Positions 1-24,560 of a stretch of 64,000 nucleotides of DNA are shown here, one piece after another. Location: contig CAIIXF020000001.1 in NCBI GenBank assembly GCA_903813345.2, forward strand, positions 42,160,001 through 42,224,000, read 5' to 3'. This DNA is from Owenia fusiformis. Taxonomy: Eukaryota. Position 1 is the first letter of the stretch. Every line of letters begins with the position of its first letter. The notes below the pieces were generated by a model. The model saw nothing but the letters and a program-made list of their open reading frames with translations. It searched no databases and was not told the origin of the DNA. A program made the translations under genes and the position numbers.

Positions 1-422
1 AATATGGTGTTAGAAAACGATAGAGGTGTTTAAATATATGGCCTGTCTGCCCTACTCTATATAATAAATGTTCACCATCCAGAAGTAGCAAACAAATTAT
101 TCTATGGTGTTATGTGCTTTAACTTTGAACAACCGATGGAAATCTAGTTGGTTGCTTTACCAATTGACGAGCTTTGACGGTTCATTGATCGTATCCAAAA
201 ATGATCCCAAATTAGATTATAATGGTGTGTTTCTTTGTAAACTATTTTTGTTTTAAGTTTTATTTTAGGGGTTTACTATTTTTAGCATTTTTACATTCAT
301 CTGTATGGTAAATCAAGAATCAGAGAAAATGAAACAATTTCAAATATTTCTGTTTTTTCATGTATGTTGTGCTAATAATCCCATTCATTTTCGATTCTCA
401 CATATGGTAATTATGATTCCAG

Positions 423-3400
423 CGGCCTGTACGTCTCCTTGTTACAATGGGGGTAGTTGCCATGGTAATAATATATGCAAGTGCCTTCCTGGTTACTCAG
501 GTAACCAATGCCAAACAGGTAAATTGAATTATTACTAAAAGTAAAAATAAAAAACAAAGCACTCAAAACAAAATTGTATCACAAACTTAACATTTACATC
601 AAATCACTTTCCAGTACCCCATTCTCATTAAACATGTAAACATGATTGTTTGTGTGTAAATCCAGGTAATTATTCATCTTGTGAAACAATTGTGATAACA
701 AAGACCTAATAACAGACTCAAGCTACACGTACTTCGGATAATAAAATTGAAACTTTATTTCCGATAACATTTGCAATGCACATTGAATCTTTGTAACCGG
801 TATGTTCCTTGTTTCCAGCCGTATGTGAACAAGGTTGCGTCAATGGAGGAAGCTGCATTGCTCCCAACACATGTTCCTGTCCCCATGGTTACACGGGATC
901 AGATTGCAGCCAACGTAAGTATATGGAAATACGTCACTATTCGTAGTAATTGAAGATGTCATTTTGGATAATTTTGTCGTAAATTGGATCAATGACAATT
1001 GAATTCATTCACTTATCTTTAACAATCATTTGGCAATTGGGTCTCTGACCGCTTTGTCTTTGGTTCATTTCCCATTGGTTGGAAAAGATCTCTGCGTTCC
1101 AAAACTTACGAGTTCTGCACAATGACGTCATGAATATATCGTAGCATTTATTGGGTCTAAATTTAGGTTTACATTGTCTATATTTATAGGAACAGAATGA
1201 ATTGCAAAATTGTGTAATTATACCACTTCTCTTAAAACAACTGTTCCTTTGGTTAATATAAAATAAGGGGGATACATTCTTTTGTACTAGTGAGCAAGTT
1301 AAAGTAAGGTGTTGGGCGAAATGCAATGAGAAAATGTTGCTTCAAAAGAAAATGTCAATGCTTTGGCTTCCAAATAGGGAAAATGTGAAATATGGAGGCA
1401 TGATGAGTTTTACATAATACAGGCGAAAATATGCAGTTCTGAAGAAAGCCATTTTGAATGAAAGGCCATTAATTTTTAATCCTGCTTTCATATTTTAGCA
1501 AGATTGTTAATTGCAAGCCATTGTTATGTTTGAATTATTGCTTAATTTAAATCATTTTTGGGATAGGGATGCCAGCACGTGGGCTCAAAACAAACAAACA
1601 AACAAACAAACAAACAAACAAACAATCTATAGCTTAAGGGTCTGCTTGAGGAATAGCCGTAGTAGACCACGATTGCTGAAATGAAATTGCCATTAATTTA
1701 CGAATCACAATATATTGACAGGATCGTTTAAGAATTTCAAAGAATCGTTATTTGGCATATTTCTGAGCAACAGCCCTCAGAACCAGTATGCATGTGTTTT
1801 TTAATACAGAGCTTTATCATAAAAGCTGGCATCACATACACATCATTAATTAACGAGTTAATCTGATATGACGCTGTCTATCTCTTTCTTTATCATCATC
1901 TTCTTTATTAACCTGATTCATGTTATGCTTCACTAGAAAGCAGACCAACCAAACCAACATAAATGATTTGCCGATCAAGTCAACTCAGATTAAATATTAA
2001 CTGGATCGGAAAACGTATCCGCATTTTTTCTGGATCCCAACCCAACTTACTAAATTCCCCTGGATACCCATCCTACTTCAATTGAACTGTTTGAATGGGT
2101 TAAGCTAAACATTTGCTTGATAAGGTATTGCAGCAACTTTATTTCATTATTATCAATTACTAATCATTTTACAAGAGAACTAATATCATTTTGCTTACGT
2201 AAGCTTTCCTTAATTATTTTTAGCTTTATGTTATCCGGAGTGTCAGAATGGTGGTACGTGTCTCTACCCGTACTTTTGTCTATGTAGGCAAGGTGCATAT
2301 GGAGCGTATTGTCAAAAATGTAAGTTGAAAATGAAAAGACAAATATGCCAGGAGCTTTATAATAAGTATTTAAAAATATATTCAAATAAACTAAAACGAA
2401 TTGTAGTCCACCTGTAGGAGGAGGTATCTTAAATCTAATGAATCAATTTATATACACAAAGGGTAACATCGAAAGCACAATTCACAGCCTCTTCAAGTAA
2501 CCTATTTGAAAAGCAAATGGGCAAAATGCATGCCAAAGTTCCTACGTTCTGATATAGAGGAGCGTTTAGACGTAGGGCTGTATTAGGAAATCATCATCAT
2601 TCATACCATTATCGTCATATATCGCCGTCATCCCTTGCTTGAATTAATTTTTATTTACAATATGCTTTATTAATGCAGTAAGTAAACTAACTAAACCAAA
2701 CAAATTATTATTATCAAACACAATGCAGCCTTTATTCTATATTTTGCTCTTTCTTTAGATACATGTACTCCTATGTGCCTGAATGGTGGCCGCTGTGTGG
2801 GTCCTAACCAATGCCAATGTCCCCCGGGCTATACGGGTCATTACTGCCAGACAGGTAAGTCGATATTGAGCTTTTTGGTTTTGACAATATATCATAGCTT
2901 TATGTTAGCGTGTGTACATATGTAACATGTACAATTATAGGCGTCTGATGAACTTTTTCTATTTCACCCTTTCATGCTTTTATGTTATGTCGACATGTTA
3001 AATATAGGCTAGTATCAAAATGTTGTCAGTATATTTGAAAACAAATTACAGTATATGTTTTCATTTCACTGGGTGACGCTTATTGAAATTGACATTTTAA
3101 CAGTATATTCTCCACGTACTTATCCGTGATATTTGTTACTTTCAGCATTTTGTTCTGGAGGATGTCAGAACGGTGGTGTGTGTATTGCGCCCAATACATG
3201 CGCCTGCAGAGATGGTTTCCAAGGCGACATGTGTGAAAGAAGGTATGTTCCTGTATATAAGAAACTTGGACAATTCTGCAAACTAATTACAAGCAAAAAA
3301 CAGTCACTGAGACCTCGGATTTTTTCATCCTGAACTGAATCGCGTTTCTAGTTTTGACACTTATAATCTTCTATTCATTGAGCAAAATACATTAAGTCGA

Positions 3401-4013
3401 AGGACAAAAGTGCATGGTTGGTGTACGTTATTTAAGACCATCGTCACCGTCACCTTTATAAATAGTATTGAAGCCTTAATATTTTCCTTTCTTTCTGAAT
3501 ATGTAAAATGTACTGTATCTTTCGAAATCAATGTATAATATTTGAGTTTTGAAATCATTCCATGAAAGTATTTATTAGCTATAGATCTACATTCCATAAC
3601 GATGTTGAATACTATGTTATAGGAAATGTCGTTACCAAGTATGCAGGCAGTCGTACAATAGAGCATTCAGACGCCTACAGAGGGAGGTGTTCTCGGCACC
3701 ATGTGGACCATGGAAAAGAAATACATGTACCAAGACAAAGTAATTTATTTTTGATTTTATTTTTGTGTTCTTTTTATCTGAGACTGTATACGTATATATA
3801 TATTTAATACATATCATCATATTTGATGAAAGTGAATTACTATTTAACATATTTTGTATGTCACACCTGACCCCTATATATACTGACATAATATGAACTT
3901 CAAAAACATGTATTTTTTGAAAAAATAACATTTATGACTGCCCTCTTTATTTCAGGCTGGTGTATAAAACCATATATAGGATAGCATTTCGTCCAGTGTA
4001 CAGATGTGTCTGA
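423..4013 (+). CDS. 3' portion of a multi-EGF-repeat protein (VWDE/EGFL-like) ending in an EMI-like Cys-containing tail; the 5' part lies upstream of the window
   Basis: Seven GT-AG exons in consistent phase: 423-518, 819-914, 2224-2319, 2759-2854 (each 96 nt, phase 1-1, one EGF repeat each, e.g. [28 protein letters not shown]), 3146-3242, 3623-3739 ([38 protein letters not shown]) and 3956-4013 ([22 protein letters not shown]). AATAAA at 4077-4082 and 4145-4150. Confidence 0.85.
1586..1625. repeat. (CAAA)n microsatellite
   Basis: About 10 near-perfect CAAA units in an intron of the EGF gene. Confidence 0.9.
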
Positions 4014-5067
4014 AAACTATAAAACCTGCTCTTGGGGGATTGATGCTGATTGGATGAACGTCAGTTAGGACGATGCAATAAATTGTAAATTAGTTGTTGT
4101 AAATGTTGTTAATTTTATATTGTAATTTGATGTACATATTAAGAAATAAATTAAGAAGTTATTTTATACTAAAAATCTGGTGTAAGTATTCTAGTCATAC
4201 ACATGTTAACGTGTACAACTTTCTAGCTGAATGCATGTAAATATAGATACAAAAAAAACTAATCAAAAGTTGAATATCATTTTATAAGCTTTATTCCTTA
4301 TTGATTGTGTCATACACTGCATAGAATATAGTGGCATTTAGCCACTGTTAATGTGGCCCCATTACAAGTATTAATAGAGCTCGAAAACCATTGTTAATAT
4401 GGCCCCTTTACAACTGTAAAAATGAACCAATTGTAAAGTGTTAGAAAAGCAAATTTGATATACTGAAATAGTAATGCCAGCGCAATCAAATACTCATCAA
4501 ATTGAGCTCAAAGGCCATTCTCTGTAGTTCTGATCCAAATAACTCAAATATATTCTGAATTCAAGAATGAAAAGAAACTTATACATTGATAACTTTTTCT
4601 GAAAGTATCAAATCTTAAGAAAATTATTTATGAGGTAAGAGATTTTATTGAAATAAGAAAGATGTGATAAGTAAAATTCAATTCTGAAAATATGCTGCTC
4701 CATAGGTGGACAATATTCTTTTAAATCTTTGATATTTTCTAAGAATGTTTATATAATGGTAAAGGTGGTAGGTTACAGACCATTAAGAATTGAAGCATTT
4801 TGGGGTTAGAAAAGATCAGAACTACACAGCCCTTTTAAATGGTGAAAGTGTTAAGCATTTCAGGATCATAAAAAACATGGATTGTGTTGTTTAATACCTT
4901 TATCTTTTTAAAATGGTTTGTCTATTTATCTAAAACCAAATGTGAATGCAAATTAACACTTAATAATATTAAGACTTACTAATGCAAACCAACTAAATAT
5001 ATGAAGGGCATTGAGAGACACTCTCTAAAACAAAACAAAAACAAATCAAACTAAAATTGAGTACATA

Positions 5068-6174
5068 GTAGCCCGGACAGAATTGTTCAATGGTCACTTT
5101 TTCTTTCATAACTTTTTTAATTTTCAGTATTATCAAGATCTGATAACATATTTGAAAAGAAGAGTAAAATTCTGACATACAAAAGAAATATTAAGGAACA
5201 TCTGTTAATTTATTAATATTATAGGCGTTCATAGTATGAGTGACGCAAATACATAATTCACCATTTTGTGTCATATTTGTTCAAAAATGGCGGCATGTTT
5301 TGTGGTTTGAATGTTCAGTTGAAAGTTAATATTTAAGAAATGTCATAGGCCTACGAAATCATGTAGACTACTGCCTTGGTATGAGGTAATGACTGCATTT
5401 ATAAGCTTTTGTTTTAAATTGACTTGCTTTATGTATACCAGTACTTAAAAAGGTGTGTACATTGTATGTACAGTATATTGGTAAGGTCGCAGGACTTAAC
5501 GTTTTTTGGCCCTTCCATTGTTACTCGTAGTGGATTAGCAGCCCTAGTTCGTTAACCTGTGCAACTATAGGGTCATACTGCCACAGTTTGTAATGTCTTT
5601 CCCAATCACACGCCTCTTAACCCATCCTTGGCATGCATGTGAATTGTTCTTCAGCTTTTCAATGGCCTCTGAGATGGCTGTTTGGAGCTCTTGAAAAGAT
5701 TGAGGACCTACTCTCATCACATCCCGCACATTGGGACGCCACCTTTTCAAATCCTCTTGAACACAACCTCGAAAATTTCAATAGAGTTGATGTCATTTAC
5801 CCTCGGAGGGAGTTAATTTCTTGTATTTGATGAATGGTCAGTTGCTGCTGCATTACATCAGGATTGTTAAGGTGGCAGTATGGCCCTTTAGTCCTATGGC
5901 AATCTTTAAATATTAGCTTTCAACTGAACATTCAAATTCACAAAATATGCCGCCATTTTGAACAAATATGAGGCAAAATGATGAATTATGTATTTGCGTC
6001 AGTCATACTATGAACGCCTATAATTTAATAAATTAAGAGATGTTCCTTAAATATATTTTTTGTATGTCAGAATTTTACTCTAGTTTTCAAATATGTGATC
6101 AGACTATGATAATACTGAAAATTAAAAAAGTTATTAAAGAAAAAGTGACCATTGAACAATTCTGTCCGGGCTAC
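5068..6174 (-). mobile_element. Internally deleted Tc1/mariner-superfamily transposon with long TIRs
   Basis: Imperfect TIRs of about 280 bp (GTAGCCCGGACAGAATTGTTCAATGGTCAC...) with TA on both flanks (5066-67, 6175-76). A minus-strand frameshifted remnant PPRVNDINSIEIF...QSFQELQTAISEAIEKL (about 5600-5810) resembles the Tc1 PPxSPDLNPIE motif and C-terminus. Confidence 0.8.
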
Positions 6175-8368
6175 TATATAAAAATTGAATCAGAATCAGC
6201 AGTCAAAGTTCTTTTATATTTCGATTTATCACTCAATTTTATTCTAAAGTATGATCTTATGCTAAAAGCTTCTAGGATTCGGAGAAAAATACCCCAGTTA
6301 CAATGGTATATATTTTCCAGTGTCCTATGAAAGGATGTCTCATTTTTTCAAAATCTAACTTTGAATTTTGCTGAACAAAGACACATGGTCTCCTCTTTGT
6401 GTTGAATTATGCACAAAATGTTTCAGGTTTTAGTTATTTCATATAAAGGGATAACAAGCACAATTTTTGGAACCATACATTGGATTTCATGATTTATCAT
6501 TGAAATATATACTACATGTGTGCAGATATATAATTTTCATAATACTTATACATACACACTATCTTGAATAACACATATTGATACTATGCCTCATTAAGAC
6601 ACAATACACCCATGCATTTCACTATACAATTTCCTTAGATTGAATCCTATTTACAATTCTATGCTACTGAAAGCATTATATACTCTATACATATATTTTA
6701 TTTATATATTACAAACAAAACAAAACAGCTGGTAAGTCCTTTACCTACATTGTCATCAGTCCATGATATTGCAAAAATATAATATAATTCAATCAGTTTT
6801 TGAAAGGCAGTAAAACCTGTCAATGGGAGACAACCATAGACCACAAAACAGTGTTCTGTTAATACAGAAGTCCGTTTTCATAAAATCAATGGGTAACAGG
6901 AATATTCAGAAATGTTGCACTTACAGAAGTGTCCCACTTGACAGTGTTTACTGCCCTGTATTTTTCCCAAGTCATTATCTAATTCTGGACCTATCTTGTA
7001 TATTCATAGTCTACATAGATATATTGGCACAGGGTAGACTTGCACCATTACTACAAGCAGCCTAGTACACAATGATTCAGTGCAAACCTAGTAACATGTA
7101 GACTAATTCTAGATAACATTTTCAATTTCGCTAATTTTCAAAGTTTTGCATGCTCAAAGCAAATTTTTACAATTTTGGACAATTTTTAGAATTTCCTAGG
7201 ATTATAGTGACCACTGTGATAAGGCACAACAAGATCAGCAGCAAATATATAATAAAGACATGACAGATTCCCTAAGCTCACTCATAGCACACTTTAACTA
7301 GAGGGGAGTTCACTAATACATCCTGCTGAATTAATATAATTGATAGACTTTGAAAAGTTTTCTGAGCTTGCGTTCATATTTTAATCCATATTTTATAAAT
7401 ACACATATAAGTCAACTCTCTTTAAAGCAGAAGTTATAAGTGAACTATAAGTGAACTTGTGAATCTCTCTAATATGCCATGGTTTATAAATTAAACCAAT
7501 CAACAAAACTATGTATACATACCATACTTTAAAATTCTATAAATAATCACCATTTGCCACCAATATATTGCAGAATGCAAACATCCGCAAAATTTCTTGG
7601 CGATGTGCCATAAATATTTTCGTTAGCAAGCATATGCTTCCGCATTTCTCTTTGTCTACATTTGCAAATAAAATTAACAGCCTAAAATAGACCTTTCATC
7701 ATAGTTTCAAAAACGAAAGGTTTTACAGCAAATCTAAGAAATCGTCATAATTATGAATAACATAATTAAGATGAATTCATACTACAGTATTTATAAGAAT
7801 AATATACTAGTCATGTCAGACACAATATATGTAGGACTTCTTTTATCTGTACACAACCCTCAGTCAAGAGGTCTACCAAGGTGTAACCAAGGTTGTTTTG
7901 ATCATATTAATCATACAGTGTCTCCCAGGAATTGTGCGAGTTTGTACTTCTTGTACAGTACAGATACATCATGAATAACTCATTGTACAATCAATTCATT
8001 TAAAGTACATGTATAATTGCTGACAAAAAACATTACAAGCAAGAAATCCTTTGGCTGAGCTTGAAACAAAAGGTTGTGTACAAACAAAAGAAGACCGTCC
8101 AGCAGAAAATATTTAACAGAAACATAAAACTTTGAGCACCTGTACACCCATGTATGGGCATTGAATGCCTCTTTTCTCACATATAAATGTATATGTCTTA
8201 GATATTGGATATCATATCAGATGGACACAGTATTTAATTTATTCTAAAAGTATTCCATGATTCCAATCTAAACTAATTAACTTGATGCTTCAATCGTTAG
8301 AAAATATGATTATCTGTACTAAAACCAATTTGAAAAATCTTCTTTGTTGAAGCCTGATGTACTAATAC

Positions 8369-9267
8369 TAGAGGTGTCAAGTATTAACCGGTTAACCGGT
8401 TAACCGCCGATAATGTCTTGACCGGTCTGTGTTTTTATGGGTGGTTAGTTGACCGTGTATAATTCTGTTATTTCCCGCGCTTATATTGCATGCTAATCTG
8501 TTTGCTTTTAAAGTGTCAGTTTCACGTAAGCTACTCATACATGTCATAAGTCCCATAACTCCTTACAAATATCCAATCAGAAACTTTAATCCCTGCCACA
8601 TTGCTTTCCCGCGCTTACTTTGCATGTTAATCTGTTTGTTTTTCAAGCGTCAGTTTCATGTGAGCTACTCACATGTGATACATGTAGGTTCAATAACTCC
8701 TTACAAACATCCAATCAGCAACTTTAATCCCTGCCACATTGCTTTACCGCGATTACTTTGCATGTTAATCTGTTTGTTTTTCAAGTGTCAGCCATGTGTA
8801 ATCAACTCATAGGCCAGATTATTCCTTACAAACTCATTTCATAAATAAATTATATGCATTTTTTAATTCGTCAGTTTTTATATTATTGTTGTCTATCAAC
8901 GTCGCCAAAATGTCAAAGGTCAAAGCCTCGCAATTGGTAGTGAGAAAATTAAAATTAAAATAAACACTAATCAGCTGCAATTGTCGTTGTTATGGTGCGT
9001 TCGTGGAGATTCCAAGGGTAAACCAGTGTGGTAAGTAATTTAGAGGTACCAGTAGTCAGGTAGTGTATGAATAGAATAGAGTAAAGCTTGAGGAACGTAA
9101 AAAATAAACGCTAATATATCATTTTTCCAATTTTTTCAACTTTCAAGATCGAAGATGAAGATTTCATTTTAAATTATCAGTTCAAATTTCCCGCCGGTTA
9201 ACCGACTTTAACCGGTAAAAACACCCGGTTAACCGGTTAATGCTCAAGCAGTTAATTGACACCACTA
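8369..9267. mobile_element. hAT-type MITE
   Basis: TIRs TAGAGGTGTCAA / TTGACACCACTA (11/12 match), a perfect 8-bp TSD ACTAATAC (8361-8368, 9268-9275), subterminal GGTTAACC palindromes at both ends, and an internal ~135-bp tandem repeat (8473, 8607, 8745). Confidence 0.9.
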
Positions 9268-10162
9268 ACTAATACTGACAGACCATGAACATAAAAGGGT
9301 CTTATTCAGCAGACAATTTCATTGTATTTTGCTGAATGATAGTCATGATTTTGCTCATTATCACAAATGACATTATACAAAGCATATCATACATTTCACT
9401 CTGGATTCTGACTGAACAACACAGATTTTCTTTACATAAAACAATGCTATAGATGTACGATTCTTCTAATTTTATAGTGAAGAAAACAGCCTTTTAGTTA
9501 CCATCCATTAAACAAAATTGACTGTGTGTAGAATTTAGTTTGAAATGTATGAGATGCAATCTTACATACTGTACTAAATTTGAATGGGAGGATCTCCTTA
9601 TCCACTGTATGGAGTTATACGGTCCATTGCTGATCTCTCCTCAAGGTGGGAAATCTAGCCAGCGTATGAATCAACTTTTAAAAAGTCAAGTTGGGGAGAA
9701 TATTAAAACCATTTAAGTTCAATCATCAATGTGGCAATATATTGAACATTATTTAAATATCACATTCTCTCTATCTACAGGCATTTGGAAATTGAATTTT
9801 AGAAAAATCATTCAATTCCTTGTCTTTCTATATCTCCCACATGTACATTGTTTCATCCCATATAAATCCATGGATTGACCCATTTCAGCAGAGTGACTAA
9901 AACATCTAAATATTATTCCTCATCTGTTACTCAAGAAAATCCGGATTAATCAAAATTAATGCCCCAATTGTGACATTAAGTTTCCATATATTAATGATAA
10001 AATCGCAGAATTGCCAGTATTAGATCCCTGAATGCCACAAGGCTTACGTAAATATCACGAGTTTTGGAAGCACTGTATGTAACATCATGATGATGGATAT
10101 AGAAACTAGACAGCTCATTAGTTCTAGTATTTTATATATAGATATAAATATATATCTGGTAC

Positions 10163-21805
<11,643 letters not shown>

Positions 21806-24397
21806 GGTTAGGTCTTAGGCGTCATGTACCTGAAATTTGATACTACTGATTATAACTTGTGCAGTTAAAAGACATTTAGTACATGTGAGGCATCCTGGGG
21901 GAGTGACACACTCTAATATTTGAGACCACAGGAGTAGAATTGTTTTGGGATATTGGTTGGCAGTAGTTGGCAGGTATTCAAATACAAGTATTGTATGCAT
22001 ATTGTTATCAATAGATAAATAAATTTGTCATTTCTTGCTGTTTAAATTCAAAATAATAAACTCAAAATACTCATAAAACAGTTGCGAGATATATTCTTAT
22101 TACGGTTCACTGCACATGGCTTGTGTATTTTTTGAAATGCCAAAATATCATTTCCATATATCTTAGATGTTAGCCGTGACATTCAAGTAATAACTAGTTG
22201 CGACTTATTTTAGTTGTGACTTATTTAAGTTACATCACAAAATGATGATCTAATGATTTTTAAAATAGTTTCAATCTCTCAGTTCTTAGCATGAACATTT
22301 TCTGCACTCAATTATGGGATGATGTTCAAAAGCTGACAGTTGTGACGGAAAAAACTAAGTTATAATGCATGTGTGTGAGGGGATATCAATTTTTGTCCCT
22401 GAGAATATAAATAAAAGAATGCACTATTCATCCAGTGCAGAATTTAAATCCAGGATTTTAAAGATGGCTGACTAACATAATAACAACACGCAAAATGTCA
22501 CCACCTGCCATTTGTTACAGATACCAAACACCAGACGCTGGTGTTGTTAATGTTGTAATTGATGCACTTTAAGCAAAACATAGATTTATCATTGTCCAGT
22601 GAGGTTTCCCAATGAAGAGGATAGGAGAATTTGACAAAATCTTATGTTCCACTTATTACTAAAAATATATGTTTAGTAATAAGACGTGTAACTATCATGT
22701 AAGAGACACGAAGAAGTAGGTCACATTTCTCCCAATTGAAAGATCTGCATGAGAGAAGGATTGAGGTACCATTGATCTGAAAGAAATGCTAGGAGATCAG
22801 CATAAAATTTACCCAGAATGTCGGGTATAGATATCTGAAAGGCTGAAAAGCTATTTCAGCATAAGGGTCATTTTGACCATGACCATTGTGATCCTGAAAA
22901 GCAGAACTCGGTTATTTTTGTTCAATAAATTCTAAAATCCACATGGTCTTTTCATTTCCTTTTTGGTGTAAATTTCTGATAACAACCCGAGACCTTAAAT
23001 TTTGAAGTGATTTTAACCGTGAATTCTGCCATTGTTCCACAATTTTTGCGGAAGTTACACTGAAACACAAACTCCATGGAACATAACAAAATTACAAGAT
23101 AAAAAACATGGCACAAGAGCGCACGAGCACCGTAAATTAACCTATCAGATTATTTAAATATATGAGCACTTATCATTAAAAGCTAACCACAAAAAACAAA
23201 CCTGGCGGAGATTACCCTTACTTCATTTATCTATGAGAAAAAATGAATACATACAAATCTAGATAGTTTCCATAATATAAAACCCAGGCAGCTCAGAAGT
23301 CAATTCCATTTTCGTTTTGACCCAATTAGGCTGGGGTAAGTAATATAATAGCAGTTTTTTGTTTTTTCAAATTGATCAGTGGATGTCTGGATGAGGCTTT
23401 TTCACAACCCTAAGATGACATTCCACACAAGAATTATAGCACATGGTTCTTATAAAGCAGCAATTTGTGATCTGTTTTGCTCAAATTATGGAAAACAAGA
23501 CCAATCCTTTTTTAGAATGATGGGGTGGAAATGCTTAACTATTGCATTATTTACTCTGGCCTTAGACTCTGATGTTGAGGAAATCCCTACATTGTATTAA
23601 CTTCACATATAAAACCATCAGTTGGTTGTCACAGAACATGGGAGTTTTCTGTTCTCTTCAAATTCTGTCAAAGAAATTAAAAAAGTAAAGATGTGTCTTA
23701 GGAGGAAAAGAAAGGTAAATATTGCCAAAATTGAGCTCTATCATGCTATCATAGACATCATCATCATAATATAAAATCGCGCCAAAACAATCATTATTAA
23801 AATCAAAATACATAAAATGATCATTCTGGCGCTTTCTTCTCTTTCTTGGTGCTTTCTTCTCTTTCTAGACATCTTTATTTGGATGTGTTTGGCTATCGCT
23901 ATTAGACTTAGAAAATGGTGAAGCAATTTTCCAGATTGCGCATGCGCTATGATGCAATTTACACCTTGGTGTAATCCAGCAGATTTACTGGTAGAAGCAA
24001 CTGCCCTCTATCAATCAATTAACTAACTAGCCAGCCCGACACAACAGTGTCAATGAGAGTCACTCATCTATATTTTATATGTCTCTGGGTGGGTGCACAA
24101 AAATATTTAAAATTTGCTTCAAGTATTTATAATTATATAATAGGAACTATGGTATAGATGGAGCTGATCTTGCTAGACTGGGCCCTGGCCTTAGACTATA
24201 TCCTATTAAGTCTGAATAATATTGAGATAGTTATAAGCGACCTAGTCGGAGACATTAATAAGCCTCAACTATCAAAAGTTGTCACGATTAAATGACCTAA
24301 ATTCTAAGTTTCGTATCTCAAACTCCTCCAAGCAGTTCAAAAATAATTCCCGTTCATTTCCGTTTAAGTAGCACAATAAATGAATCCAAAGCTTCAT

Positions 24398-24560
24398 ACC
24401 TGCAAATAATGGATAAATTCCTACCAAATCAAACAAATGTTTTCATGAATCGCCATGTTTGTGATCCAAGGAGGATTAATTCCCAAAATGCAACATCAGT
24501 TAACCTTATTTACTTGTGACGTGTCATGTTGCATTCTGGGAGCCAAAGCTCCTTGCGGCG
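24398..24560 (-). promoter_or_regulatory. Putative promoter and non-coding first exon of the Src gene
   Basis: Minus-strand donor GCAG|GTATGA (exon end 24400), a YY1-like AAACATGGCG in the sense orientation (24451-24460), and two inverted ZNF143/Staf-like TCCCARAATGCA motifs. The acceptor of the ATG-containing exon is at 21829/21830. Confidence 0.45.
24467..24555. mobile_element. 89-bp relic MITE of the same family as 28849-29153
   Basis: Imperfect 30-bp TIRs CAAGGAGGATTAATTCCCAAAATGCAACAT / ATGTTGCATTCTGGGAGCCAAAGCTCCTTG match the CAAGGAGGATTGGCTCCCAGAGTGCAACAT end at 28849. No TSD retained. Confidence 0.65.

Noticed and set aside
4993..6330. Two near-identical small ORFs (MSEFYSSFQIC...) on opposite strands
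   Set aside because: They are chance translations of the two TIR arms of one transposon.
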